Source: Octopus bimaculoides (Eukaryota). Taken from it: a stretch of 64,000 nucleotides of DNA. This document shows positions 50,421 through 61,347 of the stretch, piece after piece. A program made the position numbers and the translations under genes. Position 1 is the first letter of the stretch, and the number at the start of each line of letters is the position of its first letter. A model generated the notes under the pieces. That model saw nothing but the letters and a program-made list of their open reading frames with translations. It was not told where the DNA came from and ran no database searches. The stretch lies in the NCBI RefSeq assembly GCF_001194135.2, contig NC_068991.1:76691866-76755865 (forward strand), written 5' to 3'.

Positions 50421-50469
50421 ATATATGCATATATATCTTTTATCTTTCCCTTTTTTCAGTCTTTAGATT

Positions 50470-50705
50470 TTGACCATGCTGGAGCATCGCCTTGAATTTT
50501 TAGTCGAATAAATTGACCCCCAGTACTTCTTAGGAAGCAATATGTATTAGATATATATTGATACACGACAGACTTCTTTCGGTTTCTGTCTACCAAATCC
50601 ACTCAAACTTTAATAAAAAGACACTTTCCCAAGGTACCGTTCAGTGGGACTGAACCCAGAACCATGTTACTGGGAAGCAAACTTCTTACCACACAGCTAC
50701 ACCTT
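50470..50705 (-). mobile_element. tRNA-derived SINE with internal deletion
   Basis: Same layout as 8733-8952 (GGGACTGAACCCAGAACCATG..CTTCTTACCACACAGC). Confidence 0.8.
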
Positions 50706-51131
50706 CACATATATTATTCAAACATGTCTGATGTGTGAAATGTAAAAAACCTATTTAAAAAAACTTACTGGAAAAAGGAAATAATTCAATAGTTGATACA
50801 TTCAGAAATAATTAACTTTGTAAAGAAAATGTGCATAAAAGTCAGAAATTACTTATTTAGCAGATTTGGTAATTCTCGGAAGAGCAACTTTATGACTTTC
50901 AAGAATCGCAACGTTTGCATTTTCGTTAAGAATTCTGCAAATGAACCCACGTAGAAGTTATACGTTTTCCTGTGAAGAATATTTCTTTTCCATGAATTAT
51001 TTCTGATATTTGAAGTAAGCTAAGCAAAAAGAAAATGCATTTTGAAGTATTTTTCGATTTTTCTTTTTTCTTTCTTTATACGTTTCCCAATTTATTGCAC
51101 ATCTCCCTCTCTCTTTCTCTATATCTTTCTC

Positions 51132-51167
<36 letters not shown>

Positions 51168-52375
51168 GACCTCCTTCTCTTCACTCTCTCAAGTCGTCTG
51201 CTTTGACGCGTAGGTCTTCCTTCTAATGATTATCATTTTCACTTCCTTGCATTTTCGCTATTACATCTCAGTTAAGAGTCATCAATGTCTGCATACAATA
51301 GATTTTCTACTATTGTACGCAAATGATCTCTTCAAAATCTATTTCTCATTAGTGTATCTTTGTAAGGCTTAAAGTTCAAATTTAAACTTTAAAAATTCAA
51401 GAATATTCTTCTCTTATATTTTCTATCACTTATTGCTTTCCAGAAACGAAGTACTTGAATTTCCCGAAGAAGAAAACTGCATTCTGACGACACAGTGTTT
51501 TTTGTTTCTTTATGAAAGTTTATGGGTGAGTTTTGTTGTAGAAAGGTTAAGAATGAATTTAATCAAGAGTAAAGAGAATAGTTTAAATAGGAAATTAAAA
51601 CTTAGTACTTAATTCCAATTCTTAACTGCCAGAATCCATTAAAAGTTGAGTTTTCCACTACAAAATTCTGTTTCCTCGTTCGATAATCAAAAATACGTAT
51701 ACGCCAAAATATATGTTTATGGACGTAACCATGTACTTCTGTGTTCGATACGAATGAGCGGTGCCACGGGCAAACAACTTGAACTACGCTGGTGTTAATT
51801 TCTATAAAAAATCTGTAGTTACAGTTTTTAAAAGTGACTGAATCGCACTGCTAACACAGGTAGGACAGAATATCGACTCATAAAATAGTATATTGTGGTT
51901 GCATAACGAAATACGGTGTCCCTACAAGTAATTAATATGTTCGGAGCAGTTGTCAGGAATACGTAAAAGCTTTACACCACTAAACTTAGTGGTTATTTAA
52001 GCTGTGTTCGTTGGTGGTTAATGGATGGAATGTGATACTGATGAAGAAGCAATGACTCCTGAAATATGGATATACACCCATCACCTATTTTTCTATCTTT
52101 GGTCGCACTGTTAACATTGACGTATTCGTATATGAAACGTGGTAACTTTCAGTGCTGGCTCTAATTTCTATAGAAAATCTGTAGAAATAACTTTAGAAAT
52201 TAACATACATACATACATACATATATATATATACACACACACACACACACTTATATATATACACATGTGTGTGAGTGTATCCATGTATGTCTGTATGTAG
52301 AGAGAGAAAGAGAGAGAGAGAGATGGAGAGAGAAAGAGAGAGATTGAGCGGGTTTTCTCATGTTCACTACCATCT

Positions 52376-52433
52376 CTGTGAAACGATGCTAAAGAAACCC
52401 CTCCAGAGGGGTTTCTTTAGCATCGTTTCACAG
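52376..52433. other. Perfect 27-bp inverted repeat with a 4-nt loop
   Basis: CTGTGAAACGATGCTAAAGAAACCCCT-CCAG-AGGGGTTTCTTTAGCATCGTTTCACAG, checked base by base. Confidence 0.97.
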
Positions 52434-52800
52434 GTAGGGTTGTATGAGAGACTAACAGCTGCCTATGCAGCAGGTCTTCCCTCTCCACGTCAATGATGCT
52501 GTCCAAGGAAAAGCTATGAGCTAATACAGCTTGGCACTAATGTTGTCGCCGAAATGTTAGACTGTTTTAAGGACTCAGCTCGAATTTTTTTTCTCTAAGA
52601 TTAATCCCAAAGCTTCTCCCGTGAATGGGTACGGCTGCAATGCAATGAAGATTTACATAAAGCACTGGCTTTGAAATGCCAGCACCTTCCCTCGCCCCTC
52701 CTCATGTCAACACAAACAGTTCTGCCGGACTTAGAAGCTATGCCACACGAGAAGGCCAGGAGTTGGACGTTGTTGTCAGAGGCTGTTTAAGACGCTTACC
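52434..52800 (-). mobile_element. RTE-type LINE 5' region fragment
   Basis: Homologous by eye to 30950-31262 (CCCAAAGCTTCTCCCGTGAATGGGTACGGCTGCAATGC) and to the SINE body at 55925-56040. Confidence 0.55.
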
Positions 52801-52917
52801 ATAAAAAGCATTTTTTAGTAGTGAACGCTTATCCCTACCAGTGTTCTTCGGTTTGACTCCTTGAAACCATTATCTTGCAAGCAGTAAAAACAAGATACAA
52901 AGCCCAGAAAATAGCTA

Positions 52918-54020
52918 CAGCTTTGGCCAAAAGTATTAGGCCACCCCAATATTTTGGGGTTTTGCTATCTTAATGTTAATGAAACTCGTGCACATGGTAG
53001 ATTATGGTATATTTCACAATATACATTAGTTTTAATATCTCTTTGACCCTCCTTAAGCATCGTTTACCACTACTTTTATACTGTACTGTAGATATGCAAC
53101 CAATTACGAGTAAAAACCAACGTCCAAAATTAACTAATGTTTCCTTGATTATTTCGGAGTTTTATGCTAAAATACGTTGTAGATACAGTTAATAGACAGT
53201 AAAATGCCTAAAACAAGGGAGCTGAGTGAGTGTGAGTGAGGTCAAATCGTAGCTCATCATGAAGATGGAATGTCTCAAAAGCAAATTGCTCAGAAGATGA
53301 AATGTTCTCGATGTACGGTGCAAACGACTCTCAAGCGCTTCAGAAAGACAAAAGATGTGATGACAGTACAAAGAACATGTAGAAAAAAGGTTACATCGCC
53401 TCGTGATGACAGATCCATCATCCATCAGCCGCTCAGAAACAGGAGAAAAACATCGTCGGAGCTATGCGGACCTCAACGAGGCAAGTACTTCACAAATATC
53501 CACCAGAATTGTTAGAAGAAGGCTTGCAGAGTACGGTCTGAAAGGCTGTAAAGCCAGGAAGAAGCCAATGGTTTCTGAAGCGAATATGGTGTGTCGACAA
53601 ACAGTGTTATCTTTCAACAGGACAATGCTCCTTGTCATACAGCAAAGAATAATCGTCAATGGCTTGAGACACAGGGTTTGAGACTGGTCAGCTCAAAGTC
53701 CCGATCTAAATCCAATCGAACACCTATGGGGAACTCTTGGTGAAGCTATCAGGAAAACAACAATTAAGAATAAAGAGCATTTGTACCAAATGTTGAGAGA
53801 AGAATGGAGTAAAATTGCGCCTAGCACCAGCAAGAAACTAGTTGATTCAATGCCTAACCGTATAGAAGCGGTAATTGATGCTTAAGGAGGGTCAACCAGA
53901 TTTTAAAACTAATGTATATTGTGAAATATACCATAATCTACCATGTGCACGAGTTTCATTAACATTAAGATAGCAGAACCCCAAAATATTGGGGTGGCCT
54001 AATACTTTTGGCCAAGGCCG
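52918..54020 (+). mobile_element. Internally deleted Tc1-family DNA transposon, 1103 bp
   Basis: 118-bp TIRs (52918-53035 / 53903-54020, 3 mismatches); TA at 52916-52917 and 54021-54022. Confidence 0.95.
53204..53906 (+). pseudogene. Tc1 transposase pseudogene
   Basis: MPKTRELSECE*GQIVAHHEDGMSQKQIAQKMKCSRCTVQTTLKRF (HTH)..RRRLAEYGLKGCKARKKP, then a jump to FQQDNAPCHTAK and DWSAQSPDLNPIEHLWG..SMPNRIEAVIDA*GGSTRF*; first catalytic Asp region missing; stops and frameshifts. Confidence 0.92.
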
Positions 54021-54089
54021 TAGATGCTGTGCTAATGAATACTAAAGTATTCAATCATCATTTGACATAAGTAACATCGTAGTGTGTAG

Positions 54090-55190
54090 GAGGGCACAAA
54101 GAAACCATGAACAAGACAGCACCTCTGAAAACTGTAACGAGTGAAACTTTAAAGATAAAGACAAGTAAAAGGAAAGATGAAGGAAGCATTACTCTGGACT
54201 CTACTCCACGTGAAAAAAAAAACGTTGTGGACAGTTTGCTAGACGCCGTGGATCGCTTTCCATTGATGGAGGAACTAGATGCATTATACCGACTTTTGAA
54301 AGTTTGAGTGAAGCCATTGACTATCTTTCCAATGATAAGATATCGGCATTGAATGGCACTCCACAATAAGCCATCAAATGTGCAGAGAGTATCTTATTGC
54401 ATCACCTACACAAACTGATGTGCCAGTGCTGGAACGAAGAAACAATTCCGTATAATGCAAGTGATTGCAATAGAATCACTTTGTACAAGAACAAATACCA
54501 TGGAAGATGCTGGAAGAACAGCAAGGGAATCTCATTGAGAAAGTCTTTGCTTATGTGGTCCTAACCAGACTGAAAAAAATTCCTGAAAAGGTATATACCA
54601 AATCTCAGTGCCACTTCAGGCCAGAACGCTTCGCAATTAACAGTATCTTCTCCCTTCGACAATTATAATATAAATGCAGAGAGGTCTTCGACCTTAGAGC
54701 CGGCCTGTTCAAAATTCTTGAAAAGATTAGATGGACTCCGAGATTAAGCAGGATCATGCATTCACTCTACACAAACATGAAGGGTGTCATTCAATTTGAG
54801 GAGTCTACCGCAGAATATTTTCAGTATTGGTTCTAGAGAGAAACTGAGTTGTGTGTTTGCCTCTCTCCCTGTACGCCATCTTCGTGGTCATGTTAAAACA
54901 CGTCTTTGTACGTGACAGCATTTACATTGATAATGATCGCTCCTACGGAACACCTGAAATAGAGAAGGGGTTAAAAAGACGAGAGGGGAAGCTGAGGTTT
55001 GTTGATAAATAAAAGCTAAATTGACAGGAAAGCAGCACCAGGACAAGATTTGCAGACAGTGTCTTCAAATGCCGTCACTGCAACAGGAAGTGTCACTCAG
55101 CAGATGCCGACCTCCGCAGTCACAGCAGGAGCAGCTCTCGGAACGAAACAGAAGCAAAACTTTCCCGGGCAGCTCTATGACCTCTCCCCC
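54090..55190 (+). pseudogene. Fragmented RTE LINE ORF2 (linker, RT, C-terminal Cys/His motif)
   Basis: DAVDRFPLMEELDA; KVFAYVVLTRLKKIPEKVYTKSQCHFRPER..IFSLRQL; GLFKILEKI; FKCRHCNRKCHS. Confidence 0.85.
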
Positions 55191-55385
55191 TCTCTCTCTC
55201 TCTCTCTNNNNNNNNNNNNNNNNNNNNNNNNNNNNNNNNNNNNNNNNNNNNNNNNNNNNNNNNNNNNNNNNNNNNNNNNNNNNNNNNNNNNNNNNNNNNN
55301 NNNNNNNNNNNNNNNNNNNNNNNNNNNNNNNNNNNNNNNNNNNNNNNNNNNNNNNNNNNNNNNNNNNNNNNNNNNNNNNNNNNNN

Positions 55386-55469
<84 letters not shown>

Positions 55470-55504
55470 TATGTGTGTGTGTGTTTGTGTCTTTGTCTTT
55501 CATC

Positions 55505-55690
55505 CTTAGGATTGCGGCTATGCTGGGGCACCACCTTAAAGGATTTAGTCGAACAAATCGTCGTCAATACTTATTTTGCTTTAAATCTCATTTTTATGTT
55601 GGTACTTATTTTATCGATATCTTTTGTCGAACCCTTATGCTATGTGGACGTAAACAAACCAAGAGCGGTGTTTAAGCGGTGTTTAAGCGG
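55505..55690 (-). mobile_element. SINE 3' fragment
   Basis: GCGGCTATGCTGGGGCACCACC..GGTACTTATTTTATCGA..GCGGTG on the plus strand, as in 8733 and 50470. Confidence 0.7.
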
Positions 55691-55859
55691 TGGACAAAGA
55701 CAGACACATACACACACAAATATGGAACTCTATCGTACATACCAATGTGTGTGTAGAGAGAGAGAGAGAGAGATGGAGAAAGGGGGAGAGAGAGAGAGAC
55801 AGACAGACAGACAGGCAAACAGACAGACAGGCAAACAGACAGACAAAGAAGACCTCCTT

Positions 55860-56187
55860 CACTCGTGAATGACCTTGAGATTGCACCTTGAGATTTTCCC
55901 TCCCAGGCACAAGTCCTGACAAGATTGTTTATGGAAGACCAACAGTCGCCCGTGCATAGCAGCCTCCTGCTCTCCACGCCATCGATGTTCTCCCAGAGAA
56001 AGGCTAAGGCGCCAATACTGCTTGGCACCAGTGATGTTGCAATTCATTTCTACAGCTGAGTGAACTGGAACAATGTAGAATAAAGTGCTTTGCTCAAGAA
56101 CACAACACACAGCCCGGTCCGGGAATCGAACTCACTACTTCATGATTGTGAGCCCGACGTTCTAACCACTGAGCAATGTGCCTTCAA
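55860..56187 (-). mobile_element. tRNA-derived SINE with an RTE-5'-like body
   Basis: Minus head GAAGGCACATTGCTCAGTGGTTAGAACGTCGGGC..GAGTTCGATTCCCGGACCGGGC; 55925-56040 aligns with 52445-52550. Confidence 0.8.
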
Positions 56188-56248
56188 AGGTATATATAAA
56201 TGTGTGTGTGTGTGTGTGTGTGTGTGTTCTATTTATATATATAGCATA

Positions 56249-56601
56249 TGACCCCTAAGGGTGGATGTTACTGTTGCTTTTAGCCCCAGGAGAACATCTC
56301 CTCCAGCTGGCTATTGACACACATCTGTGTCCTGTCTGTATTTGCAAAGGGAAGTCATTCTTCCCATCTTGATCTGCGATACGCACGGACTCGAGTTTCT
56401 GGGTATTTTCCCGTCCTCAGCGTACGACAATCGCCGACCTTCGATGCGAAAGATATCCCTTTGCAAATATATATAACTTTTTCCAGTGAAATTATTCACT
56501 GATCTCGAAAAAGTGAAAACAAGCAATGTTAAATCTCTGAACGAGGTATTAACAGTAACTGCACGGCTAAAAGCAACAGTAACATCCACCCTTAGGGGTC
56601 A
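56249..56601. mobile_element. 353-bp MITE with perfect 37-bp TIRs
   Basis: TGACCCCTAAGGGTGGATGTTACTGTTGCTTTTAGCC (56249-56285) is the exact reverse complement of 56565-56601; inner 14-bp IR at 56339-56352 / 56456-56469. Confidence 0.9.
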
Positions 56602-56769
56602 GCCACATATATACATANNNNNNNNNNNNNNNNNNNNNNNNNNNNNNNNNNNNNATATACACACACACACATTTTTTCTTAGTTTCAGCTCAGACAGGAA
56701 GAGGTCCAGTTTTGATTTGAAAACATCTACATCCACTTTGTGTAGGTCCCTCAGGCTCTTTGAGAGAAT

Positions 56770-56990
56770 TACCTTCCAAGATCTTCCAGATGTATATTAT
56801 TGCATACCTCTCCCGCTTTCGCTCCAGGGAGTAGAGTCTTAGCTGTTTCAGCCTTTCCCAGTAGATGAGTTGTTTCAATGAGACGATTTTTTTTGTGAAG
56901 CTTCGCTGGATTGCTTCAAAGTCCGCTGTTAATTTTACGCTGTTGGGTGACCATAGCTGGGAGCAGTAATCCAAGTTATTTTCTCAAAAA
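56770..56990 (-). pseudogene. CR1-type LINE ORF2 C-terminal fragment
   Basis: LDYCSQLWSPNSVKLTADFEAIQRSFTKKI..YWERLKQLRLYSLERKRERYAIIYIWKILEG. Confidence 0.88.
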
Positions 56991-57299
56991 AAAATTATAT
57001 ATAAATTGTAAGGGAAGCAACTCTTCAGTACATAAATTTGATTACTGAATTACCAAACGAAGTTATTTCCCTTGGAATTGACTGTAACTTGATCAGATTT
57101 TACATCGTAATTTTTTTTATAATAGCGTCGTTGACCACAGATCTTTTAAAGTTCACTTAAAGATTTGCTTTATTTCAGACACCAATACCGAAAAAGGAGT
57201 GTTTGTAATAAGGTTCAGAACAAATGTTGGTAAACCCATAGCTTCTTAGTTTTCTTCTTTGTTGATATTCACATTCACAAACGCTCCCGCGACACGCAC

Positions 57300-57600
57300 A
57301 CGCAGTGGTTGCTTCGTTTTCACAGATGATCGACGTTTCTTTGTGCTTCCTTGTTGTGAATGGCCTCCCCGACTTTAGGTCCATCTCCTCTCAGAAGACA
57401 ACTCAGCCCCGCTGCAGATAGGAATAGTTTGAAGCATCGGCGGCACACCAAAGCTGTAATTCCCACCGGATCGGTCGATCCGCTTTGCAGGATATGATCT
57501 TTGTGCATGCAAATATTTCGATTCAGACTTGAAATCCAATTGCAAACTTTTCCTCGTATTGCACATGCTGAATCACCAGGATCTTTCATGGGATCTCAAA
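57300..57600 (-). pseudogene. Possible piggyBac transposase core remnant
   Basis: Frameshifted YPAK..DR / LQLWCAADASNY resembles piggyBac QYIPxKPxRxGIKxWxxxDAxxxY. Confidence 0.3.
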
Positions 57601-57929
57601 CGGTTGACATACCCGTACGTAAATACCTACACACCCATACAAGCATGCACATATACATAAATGCGCAATATGTATGAGTGTATGTGTACGGCCATGTGTA
57701 TGAGCGCGTGCATGCGTGTGTGTGTTTGTGCGTGTGTAGCAAGGCGCGTGCTCTCGTGGTTAGAATGTTAGACCCACGATCGTAGAGTCGTAGTTTCGAT
57801 TTCCAGACTAGGTACCTTACGTTCTGTAACTGGAAAGATGGATCTGTGGTTCACACCTTGTCGTTTGGCCGTCTCCTCACCTGCCTGATTAGAGCTGGTC
57901 ATAAAGCTATAACAGCAACAACGCATGCC

Positions 57930-58210
57930 TTACTTCACAAAGTGTTGTGGCATCTCAACGACCACCTCTGAGGAGCAAGCTTCTCCCTCCGTCTTTCATG
58001 TCCTTAATTGCACTTTCGACTTTATAAATCTCAATTGCAATAGCAAATCCATCTTCGATGTCTTTTAGGATTAGTCATGTCTTTCACGAATTTCCATCAA
58101 CCAGCAACTTCTCGTAAACTGCATTCCAATAATCCTCTCCTCTTGGCATCAGTCAGAGCGAATGCTCCGCTATCATTCTGAGCACACTTTTCCTTAACGA
58201 CATCCTGATA
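57930..58210 (-). pseudogene. Old RTE LINE linker remnant
   Basis: DVVKEKCAQNDSGAFALTDAK matches DVVGEKCVRMDDGTLALNEDAK in the younger copy at 63678-64000. Confidence 0.7.
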
Positions 58211-58708
58211 CAGTGAAGGCGCGTTGCCTAGTGGTTACGGTGTTTTCAATTCCCAAACCACCTGTACATTCTGTTCTTCAACAAAACACTTGATTTCAGG
58301 TTCCTCCGTTCCAATCGGCTACATACGGGTAACCTTGTAAGGGACTGTAGTTCTGTTCAAAAAGGGGTGTCGCCCTACCCGCATTTAAGGATCAGAGAGG
58401 TATTATTCGAAAGCTACAGCAGCGCATCGTGTTTAGCGGTGTATAACAACATCCGATAGTTTGGTTGAGACAATGATAAAGTGACATCCTGGTGCAAACA
58501 AACACGTTTTTCGACCGGGAAACATTCTAATCTATGAGCTTAGATCACTGACCTTCTTGCTGCAATGCATTAGCAAGCTTCTTGCTTTCCGCTCCCGTCC
58601 CTGTATACCCGACATCCAGCTTCTGATCCGCGGCTCACAGCATATCATTTCGTCAAAATTCTGTTATCCTTCTGTGTTGAAAGTTTCCATCTGCTGCTGC
58701 TGCTGCTT

Positions 58709-58747
<39 letters not shown>

Positions 58748-59349
58748 ATAAAATCAATACAAGATTTTATCGAGTAGCCAGCATGTAAACCGCTAAAGAA
58801 AAAATAATTAATACAAGGTATCTAGAAGGGTTATTACTGTGCTTCTGGAACCTTCTCTCAGCTCGCGTTGTTCCTGCAGGTGCTGACCTACAATGAGTCA
58901 AACGGAACACTAATGGCATCAAGCTTATCGATCTCAGAACGATTATGGGTTATATCCCTTCCCCCAGACTCAACAAGTAGTATACGTATTTTTTATAAAA
59001 ACATACATACATACATGCACACATACATACATACATACAGGAGTGCCCTGTTGTTGATGTTGAAATTCCAATGAAGGAGCCTTGCATCTGGGTTAGAAAC
59101 CGGTTCTTTCTCTATTGGCAAGAAATCTTGAAATGAAACTGAAGAATGATACACACACAAGCGCACTAGAGTTATATGACGACATACCACCAAACTCCGA
59201 GAAGCTCAACCTCTATTTGTTCCTTATAGCAATAACATTCAATATAAATCGAAATAGCCATCATGGTGTTTTCCACAATGACCATAAAGTAACCATGATA
59301 ACAAAATCGCTATCACACGTTACCTAGGTACTCAGCAATAGGACCTCAT

Positions 59350-59700
59350 TGCAAATATTCTTTTGCTCATCTCTTAGATTTGATTGTGGTACATTTCGAA
59401 GGTCACTGTCATCTATGACTATTTCGGGCTTCATTTATTGTCAAACAGTTTCACTATTTGATTTACTTTATCTAATAATTTCTCTGTCAACAATATTTCT
59501 ACTCCATCCACCACATTAGCATTGTACCAGTTCCGTAGAAATGTGACTAAGGCTCTATTCCACTTTACCTCTTGCACACAGCACACAACTCATTTCCGCT
59601 GTAGTGTATCTCTACAATCTCTTCGGACCTACCTTTCATCAAGCCATTGTTGATGGTGGAAGTACTAAAATTTTGCATCTGACAAGGAAAATGAAGTTTC
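59350..59700 (-). pseudogene. Old RTE AP-endonuclease N-terminal remnant
   Basis: NNGLMKGRSEEIVE..CAVCKR resembles NVGTLKGRSxEIVEMLxRRxVDxCCxQE. Confidence 0.5.
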
Positions 59701-60079
59701 TAGGAATAAGTGGGTTGTTTGATGCCTCTTGTTTTACATCTGGACGGGAGGAAATTAATGAGATCGTTCGATGATGATGGATGAGTGTTAACACATGACC
59801 AGATGTTACTTTCTGACCACTTCACTACCGTACATAATTGTGAGTACTGCAAACATAAGTGGAGTTTTTCATTGCCTTTATGACTTTCATGATGTTAGAA
59901 TGGTTTTGGTTTTGGGATAGATGCCCTTTTTATCACCGACCACTTTGCTGCACGGAGTGCTCACCTTTTATTGTTTCTCCGATACTAGACAGGTAGTCTT
60001 TTAAGAGTAAAGTGTCCATTGCATAAGATGTTTTCAGTTCAGAGTTACACACACACACACACACACACACACGTAAACA

Positions 60080-60300
60080 CGCGCGCTTGGATAGGTCATC
60101 TTCATTGTAGTTTGCAGAGTCTATAGTCTTCGTGCATTCAAAGAAAAATCCATTTTATAAACAAAGTTCGTTCAGGTTGCCAGACTTCGTAGACAACATT
60201 CCTTCATAGGTTTCCACAAAATGCTGGGATTGTTTGGATTTTCCAACTGCCCAGATAGGTTACCTTCACTGCAGTTGTAAAGTCAAATCCCTCCAAGATA
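60080..60300 (-). pseudogene. Possible old RTE RT C-terminal remnant
   Basis: Decayed similarity to the ..W.KFRELLP..GRLYDACV..MLxGSETW region; weak. Confidence 0.35.
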
Positions 60301-60974
60301 AGATTAGGGGAGATAAGTCTTAGGTTTATCGAGCAAATCTGAAGAACCGAAGCATGTGGGCAAAAGTCTTCTCCGAGCAGGTTGCTTCCAATGGCAGACT
60401 GAGGCAGACAGTTGGTAAGTTAAAAATCTTTACTCTCTCTGCATCCCTGTAACTTAGTGGTTCAGCAAGAGAGACCAATACAAGAAGTACTAGGCTTAAA
60501 GAAATAAATCCAGGTGTTGAGTCATTTGACTGAAACCCTTCAAGGTGGCGCTGCCCTAGCATGGCCATGATCAAATAATTGAAACAAGCAAAAAAACAAA
60601 GAGATATTTATATACGTTTGTGAGTGTGTGTGTGGGGGGGGCATTCAGACATTATTATTTGTTAGGAATAGATGTTAGAAAACCTAATTTATCCTAAGCT
60701 TAGCTTTTGTCTTGGTTAATTACACAGGCAGGAACTCTTTAAATGTTGAAGAAATCATGCAATCATGCTGATTCACTTAATAAAGGCTTAGGTTATTGAT
60801 GCAGTCAGAAATCATGAAATATAAATGATATTAATTTGTGAAGGAAACTGAAGGTTAAATTTTATATGTCCTATGTAACCATTTATCAAAGGGCTTTGGT
60901 TTGAAGTAAATATCAGTGTTGGAGAGAAGAGTTGATAGAAATGGTGGTAAGTTCATTTAGCTCTGCATCCTTTC

Positions 60975-61347
60975 TGTTAATCCAATGCAGATACCTCAGC
61001 ACACTGATTAGAACCAATGAATATACAGCCTGGGTTCAGTCCTGCTGCATGGCAATTAAGACAAGTGTCTTCTACTATAGCCCTGGGCCGACCAAGATTT
61101 CACAGTGGATTTGGTGGAGGAAAACTGAAAGAAGTCAGTTGCATATGCATACAAATATACTTATATGTACGTATGCTACACTCTCTGAGTGGTTGGCGTT
61201 AGGAAGGGCACCCAGCTGTAGAAACTCTGCCAAATCAGATTGGAGCCTGGTGTAGCCATCTGGTTTTCACCAGTCCTCAGTCAAATCGTCCAACCCATGC
61301 TAGCATGGAAAGCGGACGTTAAACGACGATGATGATGATGATGATGT
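60975..61347 (+). mobile_element. tRNA-derived SINE with an RTE-like 3' tail and (GAT)n
   Basis: GGGTTCAGTCC..CAAGTGTCTTCTACTATAGCCCTGGGCCGACC body; tail GAGTGGTTGGCGTTAGGAAGGGCACCCAGC..AACCCATGCTAGCATGGAAAGCGGACGTTAAACGACGATGATGATG. Confidence 0.85.

Noticed and set aside
51788-52184. 31-bp imperfect direct repeat (51788-51818 and 52154-52184)
   Set aside because: AT-rich and isolated; no element structure could be built around it.
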